From positions 70,024-134,023 of the forward strand of contig CARJMT010000007.1 of NCBI GenBank assembly GCA_949002095.1: a stretch of DNA of 64,000 nt, written 5' to 3'. The first letter of the stretch is position 1, and every line of letters starts with the position of its first letter. Positions 1 to 10,600 of this stretch are shown here, piece by piece. This DNA is from an uncultured Lachnospira sp. (GTDB lineage: Bacteria; Bacillota; Clostridia; Lachnospirales; Lachnospiraceae). The position numbers were made by a program, and so were the translations under genes. The notes under the pieces were generated by a model. The model did no database searches, had not been told where the DNA came from, and saw only the letters and a program-made list of their open reading frames with translations.

Positions 1-528
1 AACCAGATTGTACCGACACTTGGAAGCAAGCCAAGAAATATTGTTTCTCGTATGTGCGACATTATTGGATACTCAAGAGCAATCCAGAATGAGGACGGAA
101 CAACTACAACTAAATTGTTTATGCGCGGGACTCCACGTTATATAGCTGGTAGCCGCTTTAAATATACACCTGATTACATTGACTTTACTTACAATGATTT
201 GGTTAAAGCAATCGGGGATGCTATTGATAAGCAGATGGCTGAAGATGGAGCAGAGTTCTTCACAGATGAAAGAACTAATGCTTACGCGGAAGTTACTCAG
301 ACACTTGACTTTGATGAGCTTGTTGCAACATTCAACAATCTTGTTAATAGCATAATTGAGAATAACGATGAAGAGAAATTCCAGAGTTACTGGCAACCAA
401 GAATTGTTCAGATTACTGACAAGTATCTGGGCAAGGGACAGAAAGTAAACCAGTGTTCAAGGGAACAAACCGAGGCACTTGACTTGATTGTCACAGATTT
501 GAAAGAACTAATTCAAACTAAGGAATAA
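1..528 (+). CDS. Hypothetical protein, probably truncated at its 5' end by the window edge. The reading frame is open from nucleotide 1, and the first ATG is at 52.
   Basis: ORF 52..528; in-frame codons upstream to position 1 contain no stop; followed by an intrinsic terminator. Confidence 0.45.
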   Translation, partial: NQIVPTLGSKPRNIVSRMCDIIGYSRAIQNEDGTTTTKLFMRGTPRYIAGSRFKYTPDYIDFTYNDLVKAIGDAIDKQMAEDGAEFFTDERTNAYAEVTQTLDFDELVATFNNLVNSIIENNDEEKFQSYWQPRIVQITDKYLGKGQKVNQCSREQTEALDLIVTDLKELIQTKE

Positions 529-534
529 GATATA

Positions 535-569
535 TGAGGCGTGGTCTGAATAGACACGCCTCATTTTGA
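535..569 (+). terminator. Rho-independent terminator (9-bp stem tgaggcgtg/cacgcctca, 11-nt loop, TTTTGA tail)
   Basis: Perfect inverted repeat 535-543/555-563 followed by a T-run. Confidence 0.7.
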
Positions 570-594
570 TTTATCCAAAAAAATATGATATAAT
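566..594 (+). promoter_or_regulatory. Sigma-70-like promoter: TTGATT (-35), 17-bp spacer, extended -10 TGATATAAT
   Basis: Hexamers at 566-571 and 589-594 with TG at 586-587; the same architecture recurs at 5827 and 7598. Confidence 0.6.
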
Positions 595-630
595 TAAATA
601 GTAAGAATATTAAAGAAAAAGAGGTATCAT

Positions 631-1140
631 ATGGCAGCACATTATGTAACTTGTGTTTATTGCGGAGAGCGGTTCAACCGTGATAAAGAGCCTACTACCC
701 AAGTGTCCGCGCGTCGATATGCTCATAAGGAATGTGCGGCAAAACATGAAGCAAATAAAAGTCAAGAGGAAAAAGATTTAGAAGCATTAGAAAAGTATAT
801 AATGCAACTTTTTGATGAAACTTATGTCAATGCCAGAGTGCGGAAGCAACTTAAAGAGTATAAAGAACAGTATCACTTTACTTATAGTGGAATCTTGAAA
901 ACTCTTATCTATTGGTATGAGATTAAGGGCAACTCAACAGAAAAGGCGAATGGCGGAATTGGTATCATTCCTTACGTTTATAATGATGCACTGAAGTATT
1001 ATTATGCTTTATATTTAGCAAAATTAGCTAATGAAAGTAAGGATATAGAAGTGTATAAGCCAAAAGAAAAGGTAATTGAGATATTGCCGCCTAAAGTGCA
1101 ACCTAAAAGAATTAGACTTTTATTTGATGACGAGGAGTAG
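631..1140 (+). CDS. Zinc-finger (CxxC...HxxC) protein, hypothetical; possible regulator or replication accessory protein
   Basis: Pattern VTCVYCGERF...AHKECAAKHE; first gene downstream of the promoter. Confidence 0.5.
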   Translation: MAAHYVTCVYCGERFNRDKEPTTQVSARRYAHKECAAKHEANKSQEEKDLEALEKYIMQLFDETYVNARVRKQLKEYKEQYHFTYSGILKTLIYWYEIKGNSTEKANGGIGIIPYVYNDALKYYYALYLAKLANESKDIEVYKPKEKVIEILPPKVQPKRIRLLFDDEE

Positions 1141-1143
1141 ATT

Positions 1144-2685
1144 ATGGGTAGTAAGTATACAGATTCTGCATCTATTGTTCAAGTAATAGGTGCCATTTAT
1201 AATAATCCTTCTTTGTTAGACGCGGAAGACAAGTATCATTTTAACGAAGAAGATTTTACTGAAGAGTTCCATCAAGTGTTATTTGGGTCTATCTATAATC
1301 TTCATGCTCTTGGCGCGGAAGAGATTACTTTAAATGCGATTGAGGATTATCTTGAGCAGAGACCTAAGAAATTAGCTATATATAAGACTAATAAAGGACA
1401 GGAATATTTGGAGAAGATTAAGCAATCTACTCAAATTGCTGCTTTTGACTATTATTACACTCGAATGAAAAAGATGACTTTGTTCAGAATGTATGAGAGT
1501 ATTGGCATGAATTTGGCTTGGTTATATGACCCAGACAATATCATGGACACAAAGAAAAAACAAGCACAAGAAGATTGGTTAGACAACACTCCTATTGAAG
1601 ATATAGCTGATTTAATAGACAGAAAAATAACTGATATTAGATTAAAATATATTGATGATTGTACTGGTGGTGCGGTAAGTGCCGGTGAAGGAGCATTAGA
1701 GCTGCTTAACCGCTTTAAAGAAACTCCAGAAATAGGATATCCACTATATGGTCCAATTTTTAACACAATCACACGTGGAGCTAGATTAAAGAAGTTTTAT
1801 CTTCGTTCTGCGGCAACTGGTGTAGGTAAGACACGTTCAATGATTGCGGATGTGTGTTCTATTGGATGCGACCAGATATATAGTTCAACTGAAGGTAAGT
1901 GGGTTGAGAATGGAAACAAGGAGCCTGTATTGTTTATCACGACAGAGCAGGAACTTGAAGAAATTCAGACTATGATGATGGCGTTTCTTTCAGATGTAAA
2001 TGAAGAACATATCATCAATGGAGAGTATTATCCTGGAGAATGGGAACGAGTAACATATGCCGCGAATCTTTTAAAGAAATGTCCAGTATATGTAGACCAG
2101 TTACCTGATTTCTCTTTAAAAGATATTGAGAATACAATTAAGCGTGAAGTTCGTGAGCATGACACTCATTATGTCTTTTTTGATTATATTCATTCAAGTA
2201 TGAAAATTTTAAGTGAGATTTCTTCTAAGTCTGGTGTAAAGGGATTAAGAGAAGATAATATCTTGTTTATGATTTCTATTAGATTGAAAGACTTATGTAA
2301 TGAGTATGGTATTTTTATTATGACAGCTACACAGTTGAATGCTGAATATAGAACTGCTGAACAGTATGACCAGAACTTATTGCGTGGAGCTAAGTCTATT
2401 GCGGATAAGATTGACGTTGGTATGATTATGCTTGAGACTTCTCAAGATGATTTAACAGCTTTAGCTGATGTTATTCAGCAGGGCGGATTTGACACTCCAG
2501 TAATTAAGATATCTGTATATAAGAATCGTAGAGGTAGATATAAGAATATCTTGTTATGGTGTAGAGCAGATAGAGGAACTTGTCGAATTGAGCCAATGTT
2601 TGTAACAAACTATCAGTTTGAGTTAATGGAAATTGAAGATTTAAAAATAAAAGTAAAGACAAAAGTTGAGAGTAGTGCATTTTAA
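1144..2685 (+). CDS. DnaB-like replicative DNA helicase
   Basis: Walker A SAATGVGKTRSM; H4-like motif TATQLN; 513 aa; lies next to the primase gene. Confidence 0.8.
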   Translation: MGSKYTDSASIVQVIGAIYNNPSLLDAEDKYHFNEEDFTEEFHQVLFGSIYNLHALGAEEITLNAIEDYLEQRPKKLAIYKTNKGQEYLEKIKQSTQIAAFDYYYTRMKKMTLFRMYESIGMNLAWLYDPDNIMDTKKKQAQEDWLDNTPIEDIADLIDRKITDIRLKYIDDCTGGAVSAGEGALELLNRFKETPEIGYPLYGPIFNTITRGARLKKFYLRSAATGVGKTRSMIADVCSIGCDQIYSSTEGKWVENGNKEPVLFITTEQELEEIQTMMMAFLSDVNEEHIINGEYYPGEWERVTYAANLLKKCPVYVDQLPDFSLKDIENTIKREVREHDTHYVFFDYIHSSMKILSEISSKSGVKGLREDNILFMISIRLKDLCNEYGIFIMTATQLNAEYRTAEQYDQNLLRGAKSIADKIDVGMIMLETSQDDLTALADVIQQGGFDTPVIKISVYKNRRGRYKNILLWCRADRGTCRIEPMFVTNYQFELMEIEDLKIKVKTKVESSAF

Positions 2686-2872
2686 GGAGTTTATTATGAA
2701 ATGTTATAGAAATGGTGGATGCGGACCTTATGAGATGTATAGTTGCAGTGAGTGTCCTTGTAGTAAAGAAGAATATCTATTGAGAAAGATTAAGAAAGAA
2801 ATAGACGAACAAGCTCAAAGGATGGCGCAAGAATGTATAGATATAATAAAGACGAACTTAAACAATCACTAA
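2666..2872 (+). CDS. Small Cys-rich hypothetical protein (68 aa)
   Basis: ORF with an RBS; overlaps neighbouring genes, so uncertain. Confidence 0.3.
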   Translation: MRVVHFKEFIMKCYRNGGCGPYEMYSCSECPCSKEEYLLRKIKKEIDEQAQRMAQECIDIIKTNLNNH

Positions 2873-3933
2873 CAATAGAACAAGTGTATGAACTAACTGC
2901 GGACTTGGGCGGAGAGCCAATGATGGAAGGTAATATATTTAAGTCAAGGACGATTTGTCACAATCCCGCAGGTCAAGGCTCATATAAACTTTACTATTAT
3001 GATAACACAAAGTTATTTAAGTGTTACACTGACTGTGGTGACTATTTTGATATTTATGAATTAGTTCGTAAGCAAAAGACAATTAGTACAGGAGAAGAAT
3101 GGTCTTTACCAAAGGCTATTGCTTTTGTTGCAGCTTATTTTGGATATTCTTCTCAGACTTTTGATTTTGGTCAAGATAAGGAGCTTCTTAAAGATTGGGA
3201 GATTCTTAGTAACTACGAACGTATCAGCAATTATGAAGAAAAGCAACAAATTGTTGAATTGAAAAAATTTGATGCAAAGATTTTGCAGTTCTTGCCACGA
3301 CCAAGAATTAGTATCTGGGAACGTGAAGGTATTAAGAAAGATATTATGATGAATCGTGGCATTGCATACGACCCTAAGAATGAGGGTATTGTTATTCCTC
3401 ATTTTGATATAGATGGAAATTTAATTGGGATTAGAGAGCGAACTCTTATTAAAGAGATGGAAAAGAACGGAAAGTATATGCCAGCAAAACTTAATAATAA
3501 AATGTATAATCATCCTTTAAGTTTTAATTTATATAACTTAAACAATAGCAAAGATGCAATAAGTATCATACAGAAGGCGATTGTTTTTGAGGGTGAGAAG
3601 TCTACATTATTATATGCAAGTTACTTCGGTGAAGAGAATGATATTAGTGTAGCTTGTTGCGGAAGTTCGCTCATATCGTATCAGGTTCAATTATTATTGT
3701 CATTAGGTGTGAAAGAAATTGTTATTGCATTCGATAAGCAGTTTAAGAAAATTGGCGATGATGAGTGGAAAAGATGGACTAAAAAATTGACAGCAATCCA
3801 CACTAAATATGGCGGATATGTGCAAATTACTTTCTTGTTCGATAAGACAGATTTATTAGGTTATAAGGACTCTCCTATAGATAGAGGACCTGAGACCTTT
3901 ATGAAACTATTTAAGGAGAGAATTATATTATGA
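2833..3933 (+). CDS. DnaG-type DNA primase (CHC2 zinc finger plus Toprim domain)
   Basis: CHNPAGQGSYKLYYYDNTKLFKCYTDCG zinc finger; FEGEKS Toprim glutamate motif. Confidence 0.7.
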   Translation: MYRYNKDELKQSLTIEQVYELTADLGGEPMMEGNIFKSRTICHNPAGQGSYKLYYYDNTKLFKCYTDCGDYFDIYELVRKQKTISTGEEWSLPKAIAFVAAYFGYSSQTFDFGQDKELLKDWEILSNYERISNYEEKQQIVELKKFDAKILQFLPRPRISIWEREGIKKDIMMNRGIAYDPKNEGIVIPHFDIDGNLIGIRERTLIKEMEKNGKYMPAKLNNKMYNHPLSFNLYNLNNSKDAISIIQKAIVFEGEKSTLLYASYFGEENDISVACCGSSLISYQVQLLLSLGVKEIVIAFDKQFKKIGDDEWKRWTKKLTAIHTKYGGYVQITFLFDKTDLLGYKDSPIDRGPETFMKLFKERIIL

Positions 3934-5753
3934 AATATCAGTTAATTAAAGATGTAAATAAAGATTATACTGCACTTGAACAGGTGCTTACAAATAGAGG
4001 ACTAAAGAGAGAAGAGATACCACACTACATAAATACAACAGATGATGATATAAATTCTTTCTTAAGTCTGGGTGAAGAGAACTTAAAAGCTGCGGCTTCC
4101 GTCCTAGTAGGAAATATACAAAGTGGAAATACAATCGGTTTGATTGTGGATAGTGACTGTGATGGTTTTACAAGTTCTGCTCTATTGATAAACTACTTAT
4201 ATGATATTTGCCCAGCTTGGGTTGAAAATCATCTTGTTTACTACATTCATGATGGTAAACAGCACGGACTAAGTGATTTTTGTGATGTTCTCTTGGAAGC
4301 TAAGTATCCATTAGTAATCGTCCCAGATGCGGGTAGTAATGACTATGAGTATCATAAGAAGTTAAAAGAAGCTGGTTGTCAAGTAATAGTATTAGACCAC
4401 CACGAAGCTGAGAGTATTTCAGAAGATGCTATTATTATAAATAATCAGTTAAGCGATTATCCAAACAAACAGTTATCTGGCGTTGGAGTAACTTGGCAAT
4501 TTTGCCGATACATTGACTCTCTATTAGGGACTTCTAATGCAGAACAGTATCTTGATTTAGTTGCTCTTGGTCTTACTGCTGATATGATGTCATTGCTTTC
4601 ATATGAAACTAAGCACTTGATAAATAAGGGATTTGAACCAGAAAATATTCACAATCCTTTCATTTATTCAATATGGCAAAAGAACCAGTATAAGTTAGGC
4701 AAACATATAACTTCATGGGGTGCCGCGTTCTATATTGCTCCTTTTGTTAATGCGATGGTGAGAAGTGGAACGCCTGGAGAGAAATTGCTTTTATTTGAAT
4801 CAATGTTGAAATTTAAAGCGTTTCAAATGATTCCTTCAAACAAGAGAGGACATAAGCTTGGAGAAGAAGAACAATTAGTTGAGCAAGCACTTCGCACTTG
4901 TACTAATGTTAAGAATAGACAAACAAGGGCGCAAGATGCAGGTATGGCTTTCCTTGAGAGTATGATACTTGAAAAGAACTTATTAGATAATAAGGTGCTA
5001 TTATTCCTTGTAAAGCCTGGTCAAGTGGACAGAAATATTGCGGGATTGGTTGCTAACAAGTTTATGGCTAAATATCAACGCCCTTGTTGTATTTTAACAA
5101 GAGTAGAAGAAAAAGATGAAGAAGCTATCGAAAGAAATAGTGGAACTTATGGTTTAATTAACTATTTACCTGAGATAAAAGTTTCATACCAAGGTTCTGC
5201 TCGCGGATGTGACAAAGTTGGAATTACAGAGTTTAAAGATATATGCGCGGCTACTGGTAAAACAATGTATGAGGTTGGTCACCAGGGAGCATTTGGTCTT
5301 GGTATTGAAGAGCATAATGTAGATGGTTTTATTTCTTCAACTAATGAAATGTTGAAAAATATGAGTGAAGAGCCTCTTTATTATGTAGATTATATATATA
5401 ATGGAAATGAGGTTAATCCACAGAACATTCTTGATATTGCGGAAATGGATTGTTACTGGGGCAAAGATGTAGACGAATCTTTGATTGCTATTAAGGATTT
5501 AAAAGTAACTAAAGACATGGTTACGTTAATGTCACCAGATAAGACTCCTACATTGAAGATTGTTCTTCCAAATAAGGTATCTATTATCAAGTTTGGTTCA
5601 AGCCAAGAAGAGTATGATAAGATTGCAACTGATGGATTCATTAAGATGGATATAATTGGTAAGTGTAATAAGAATGAGTGGAATGGATGGGTTAATGCTC
5701 AGATTATGCTTGAGGATTATGAAATCGTAGATTCCTGCAAATATTTCTTTTAA
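3930..5753 (+). CDS. DHH-family phosphoesterase, RecJ-like ssDNA exonuclease
   Basis: DSDCDG (motif I), VLDHHE (DHH motif), 607 aa. Confidence 0.6.
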   Translation: MKYQLIKDVNKDYTALEQVLTNRGLKREEIPHYINTTDDDINSFLSLGEENLKAAASVLVGNIQSGNTIGLIVDSDCDGFTSSALLINYLYDICPAWVENHLVYYIHDGKQHGLSDFCDVLLEAKYPLVIVPDAGSNDYEYHKKLKEAGCQVIVLDHHEAESISEDAIIINNQLSDYPNKQLSGVGVTWQFCRYIDSLLGTSNAEQYLDLVALGLTADMMSLLSYETKHLINKGFEPENIHNPFIYSIWQKNQYKLGKHITSWGAAFYIAPFVNAMVRSGTPGEKLLLFESMLKFKAFQMIPSNKRGHKLGEEEQLVEQALRTCTNVKNRQTRAQDAGMAFLESMILEKNLLDNKVLLFLVKPGQVDRNIAGLVANKFMAKYQRPCCILTRVEEKDEEAIERNSGTYGLINYLPEIKVSYQGSARGCDKVGITEFKDICAATGKTMYEVGHQGAFGLGIEEHNVDGFISSTNEMLKNMSEEPLYYVDYIYNGNEVNPQNILDIAEMDCYWGKDVDESLIAIKDLKVTKDMVTLMSPDKTPTLKIVLPNKVSIIKFGSSQEEYDKIATDGFIKMDIIGKCNKNEWNGWVNAQIMLEDYEIVDSCKYFF

Positions 5754-5756
5754 CTG

Positions 5757-5786
5757 CTCGGGCGGAAGACGCCCGAGTTTTAATTT
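5757..5786 (+). terminator. Rho-independent terminator (ctcgggcg-gaaga-cgcccgag plus TTTTAATTT)
   Basis: 8-bp GC-rich perfect stem followed by a T-run, directly after the stop codon at 5753. Confidence 0.75.
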
Positions 5787-5826
5787 CAAAAATGGGTTTG
5801 GAATTTTTTGCTCCAAAATTACTATA

Positions 5827-5855
5827 TTGATTTTTGCATAAAAATATGATATAAT
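5827..5855 (+). promoter_or_regulatory. Promoter: TTGATT, 17-bp spacer, TGATATAAT (second copy)
   Basis: Same architecture and sequence as 566-594; precedes the RBS and ATG at 5877. Confidence 0.6.
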
Positions 5856-5876
5856 ATAATAAAAGAAGGTGAAGAT

Positions 5877-6101
5877 ATGGCTTTTAATCCTGGGATACCA
5901 GAGGACGTAGGTATTTTAGACCTATTAAATGTATTTAGCTTATGGGCGCAGATAGACAATATGAATATGGATAAGCAACAGACTGAATATATTCGTAAAG
6001 TCATAAGAGCCATAGCTGATGAAATAGATAAGTTACACAAAGAGAATGATATAATAATAAAACAAAATGAGGAAATATTAGATTTATTAAGGAGAAGATG
6101 A
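5877..6101 (+). CDS. Hypothetical small protein (74 aa)
   Basis: ORF with RBS aagaaggtg, directly downstream of the promoter. Confidence 0.45.
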   Translation: MAFNPGIPEDVGILDLLNVFSLWAQIDNMNMDKQQTEYIRKVIRAIADEIDKLHKENDIIIKQNEEILDLLRRR

Positions 6102-6415
6102 TGTTTAGAGGAAAAGAAAATATGATAACCGCAGAACATCTGAAGAATGGTGAGGAATGTATAGTTGTAGGATATGGACAGTCAATGACTCCTATCTTGA
6201 AGTCAGGGCAGGCAGTCCGCGTAAGTCCTATAACCGAAGAGACGACTTTAAGTAAAAATGATATAGTTTTTGTTAAGGTTGCTGGACATATCTATCTTCA
6301 TAAGATTTCTGCTATAAAGAATGGAACTACCTATCAAATATCAAACAATCATGGTCATATAAATGGTTGGGTAGGAAAATCTCAAATTTATGGAAAGGTT
6401 GTTGAAATATTATGA
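6098..6415 (+). CDS. S24 (LexA/UmuD-like) serine peptidase domain protein
   Basis: GQSMTP (Ser nucleophile) and a downstream Lys (VFVKVAGH); 105 aa with no DNA-binding domain. Confidence 0.45.
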   Translation: MMFRGKENMITAEHLKNGEECIVVGYGQSMTPILKSGQAVRVSPITEETTLSKNDIVFVKVAGHIYLHKISAIKNGTTYQISNNHGHINGWVGKSQIYGKVVEIL

Positions 6416-7587
6416 TACTGAATGCGAAACAAGAGCAAGGGTTAAAGATTGCAGTAGAGAGATATAAGAATCATGAGAAGTTTACAGTAATTGCAGGATA
6501 CGCGGGAGCTGGTAAGTCTACCCTTGTTCGTTTTATTATAGAGGCTTTGAATGTGCCTGAAGAGGAGGTTTGTTATGCTACCTTTACTGGCAAAGCCGCA
6601 CAGGTATTATTGAAAAAGGGAAATAAGAATGTAAGTACATTACATAAGTTATTATATAAAAGTTTCCCTAAGCCAGATGGTTCGTTTGTGCGGATTCCAG
6701 TGGAAGAAGTGCCATATGATATTGTAATTGTAGACGAGGTATCTATGGCTCCTAAGACTATTATGGAATTGCTGTTCCAGTATGACGTGCATATTATCTG
6801 CCTTGGTGACCCATTCCAGTTGCCGCCTGTAGATAAGAATGAAGATAATCATTTGCTTGACAATCCTCATATCTTCCTTGACGAGATAATGCGGCAAGCG
6901 CAAGAATCTGAGATTATTAGATTGACTATGGATATTAGGGCTGGCAAACCTTTACATCCTATGCAGGGCAATGAAGTAATTATAGTTCCTCAGCAAGACT
7001 TAAATACAGGTATGCTTCAATGGGCAGACCAAGTTATATGTGGAACTAATGCCACAAGAATTGGTATCAACAATCAAATGAGAGAACTGTCTGGAAAGAG
7101 CGGCGGTCCGCAAGATGGTGATAAGGTTATTTGTTTGTTTAATGAGTGGGATATTATTGGAAGTAACGATGACCCACTTATCAATGGAACTATCGGGGCA
7201 ATAAATAATACTTTCTCTACATTCTATCAACTTCCAAGATACGTTGGTGGACAGCAGTTGTCTGTATTGGTAGCAGATTTTAACACTGATAATGATGCTA
7301 CGTTCCAAGGTCTTGAGATGGATAAGTTAATGTTCTCTACTGGAGAGTACACTTTAGATTGGAAGACTAGCTATAAGTTAATGAAGAATCCAAAGACTAG
7401 ACATTTGCTTCCATTAAAATTTACTTATGGATATGCGATTACTTGTCATAAGAGTCAAGGTAGTGAGTGGGATAAAGTTCTTGTTATAGAAGAAAAGTTC
7501 CCATTTGATAAAGATGAACATGCCCGCTGGCTTTATACAGCAGCAACTCGTGCAGCCGAGAAGTTAGTAATCAGAATGAAACCATAA
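6412..7587 (+). CDS. SF1 DNA helicase, RecD/Dda-like
   Basis: GYAGAGKST Walker A; IVIVDEVSM Walker B; GDPFQLPPV motif III; TCHKSQGSEWDKV motif V. Confidence 0.85.
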   Translation: MILNAKQEQGLKIAVERYKNHEKFTVIAGYAGAGKSTLVRFIIEALNVPEEEVCYATFTGKAAQVLLKKGNKNVSTLHKLLYKSFPKPDGSFVRIPVEEVPYDIVIVDEVSMAPKTIMELLFQYDVHIICLGDPFQLPPVDKNEDNHLLDNPHIFLDEIMRQAQESEIIRLTMDIRAGKPLHPMQGNEVIIVPQQDLNTGMLQWADQVICGTNATRIGINNQMRELSGKSGGPQDGDKVICLFNEWDIIGSNDDPLINGTIGAINNTFSTFYQLPRYVGGQQLSVLVADFNTDNDATFQGLEMDKLMFSTGEYTLDWKTSYKLMKNPKTRHLLPLKFTYGYAITCHKSQGSEWDKVLVIEEKFPFDKDEHARWLYTAATRAAEKLVIRMKP

Positions 7588-7597
7588 GAGAATTAAG

Positions 7598-7626
7598 TTG
7601 ATTTTATCTGTGAAATATGATATAAT
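7598..7626 (+). promoter_or_regulatory. Promoter: TTGATT, 17-bp spacer, TGATATAAT (third copy)
   Basis: Identical architecture to the other two copies; precedes the polymerase gene. Confidence 0.6.
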
Positions 7627-7658
7627 TATTATATAAAAGATAATAAAGGAAAAGATAA

Positions 7659-10600
7659 ATGAAAAGATTTGAAGTTCATAGTCATACTCATTACAGTAAT
7701 CTTCGTCTGCTCGATTGTATAAATCGTCCGAAAGATTTGATTAATAGAGCGATAGAATTAGGTTTAAGTGGTATCGCCATCACTGACCACGAAGCATTAT
7801 GTGGTCATATGGAGATTAACCAATATGCAAAGACTTTAAAAGAGGAACATCCAGATTTTAAAGTTGCATTAGGAAATGAAATTTATTTGTGTCCAAATAG
7901 AGAAAATGGTCAGAAGTACTACCATTTTATTTTGATTGCAAAGAATAAAGTAGGACATAGAGTATTGAGAGAGTTATCTTCAAGAGCGTGGATGAACTCA
8001 TGGTACGACAGAGGTATGGAAAGAGTTGTAACTACGTATGAAGATTTAAAAGAGATTGTAGGCAAACATCCTGGTTCAGTAATAGCAACAACGGCTTGTC
8101 TGGGCGGAGAGCTTAGCACACAAACTCTTAACATGATAAATTGTGAAGCTGTGCATGATTATGCAGGTAAAGAGATGGCTCACAATGATATAGTGAACTT
8201 TATGTTATTTTGTAAGTCACTATTTGGAGAAGACTTCTATATTGAATGCGCTCCAGCCGAAAGTAAAGACCAAATTGCAGTTAATAAAAGATTGGTGTCT
8301 ATTGCGGAATGTTTTAATGTGCAAATGATAATTGGTACTGATGCTCATTATTTGAAGAAGGAAGATAGGTTCATTCATGAATCTTACTTGAACTCTAAAG
8401 GTGGGGAGCGTGAGGTAGCAAGTTTCTATGAGTACGCTTACTTGCAAAGTGAGAATGAAGTAAGAGAAAATTTAGCGGCAAGTATACCTGATATGTACGA
8501 GAAAATGATGGTGACTTCCGCAGAAATATATGATAAAATAGAGGAATATAGTCTTGAACATAAGCAGACAATTCCTACTGTTGACGTGGAATATTATCCT
8601 AAAGATGACTCTTTAAAAGAGTACCCAACTCTTCATAAGTTACTTTTGAGTGATGATGAGCAAGATAGATATTGGGTAAATAGTTGTCTAAGAGGTTTAA
8701 GAGATAAAGATTTATGGAACGAAACTTATTTAAGTAGATTGGAAGAAGAGGCTGACATTAAGTCAACTATCAGTGAGAAGTTGGAAACTAATATGTTTAG
8801 CTATCCTAACACACTACAGCACTACATCAATATGTTCTGGGATTGCGGAAGTATTGTTGGTGCGGGAAGAGGCTCCAGTTGTAGTGGATTGAACCATTAT
8901 TTGTTAGGGATAACTCAGCTTGACCCAATCGAATGGGAGCTTCCTTTCTGGAGATACTTAAATAAGGAACGTGTTGAGTTAGGTGATATTGACCTTGACT
9001 TATGTCCATCTAAGCGTCCTTTGATTATTAGAAAGATAAAAGAAGAGCGTGGACAGAAGTTTAGAAAGGATATAGATGACCTATCAAGAAAGAATCTTGG
9101 ATGTACATTGATTGCGACTTTTGGTACAGAGGGAACTCGTTCTACAATCTTGACCGCTTGTCGTGGATATAGAAGTGAAGGGTATCCAGACGGTATTGAT
9201 GTTGATACCGCTCAGTATATGTCATCTTTGATTCCATCAGAAAGAGGATTCTTGTGGCCGCTATCTGATGTTGTGAATGGAAATGCAGATAAAGATAGAC
9301 GTCCTATTAAGGCGTTTATAAATGAAGTAGCACAGTATCCTGGTTTATTGGATATTATGACCGCTATTGAGGGACTTATAAATAAGAGAAGTAGCCACGC
9401 ATCTGGAGTTATTTTGTTTGATGAAGACCCTTATGAGTTTGGATGCTTTATGAGAACTCCAAAAGGCGAAGTTATCACTCAGTATGATTTACATATGTGT
9501 GAAGCCGCAGGAATGACGAAGTATGACTTCTTGGTAACAGAAGTTCAAGATAAGTTAGCGGAGACTATTAGACTACTTCAAGAGTACAATGAAATTGATA
9601 AGAACTTAACTTTAAGAGAAGTTTATAATAAATACTTCCATCCATCTATTTTGCCAATTAAGGATGAAAATATTTGGAAGGCACTTCAAGAGAACAGTGT
9701 ATTGAATATCTTCCAGTTTGACTCTGAGGTGGGCGGACAGGCGGCAAAGAAGATTAAGCCAACGAATATTTTAGAGATGGCAGACGCAAATGGTCTAATG
9801 AGATTGATGACCGCAGAAAAAGGACAGGAAGCGCCAATGGAAAAGTATGTTCGCTTTAAGAATAATATTGACCTTTGGTATAAAGAGATGGATAGAGCTG
9901 GCTTAACTAAAGATGAACAGAAAACTTTAGAGCCTTACTTCTTATCTTCTCATGGAGTTCCGCCTAGCCAAGAGCAGTTAATGAAGATGCTTATGGATGA
10001 AGATATATGTGGGTTCACGTTAAAAGATGCGAATGCCGCGCGTAAGATTGTTGGTAAGAAACAAATGTCTAAAATTCCTGAATTGAAAGAACAGGTTCTT
10101 ACAAAAGCAAAAAGTCAGAACTTGGGACAGTATGTTTGGGATTGCGGAATTGGTCCTCAGATGGGTTACTCATTCTCAATCATTCATGCTCTTGCGTACT
10201 CATTCATAGGTTTCCAGACTATGTTTGTTGCGACTAGATGGAATCCAATTTATTGGAATACAGCTTGTTTGATTGTAAATAGTGGTTCGTTGGAAGAAGA
10301 GGACGAATATGAAATTGAAGAGGACGAGAATGGTGAAAGATTAGTTAAGAAAGAAAAGTCAACTGATTATGCAAAGGTAGCTAAGGCTCTTGGAGATATC
10401 ATATCTAAAGGTATTAAAATATCTTTAATTGACATCAACCGTTCAAATTATAGCTTTGAGCCAGATATAGAAAATAATCAAATCTTATTTGGTATGAAAG
10501 CGTTGAATGGTGTGGGAGCGCCAGTTATTGATGCAATCATTCAGAATAGACCTTTCAGCAGTTTCACTGATTTTATGAATAGATGCCCGTTAAATAAGAC

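Noticed and set aside
73-396. Numerous ORFs of 60-105 aa on the opposite strand of long genes (for example 73..396, 1455..1772, 3106..3402, 7919..8134, 26085..26372, 38504..38707, 44252..44464)
   Set aside because: They lie antisense within clearly coding genes, lack RBS, and are a by-product of AT-rich antisense frames.
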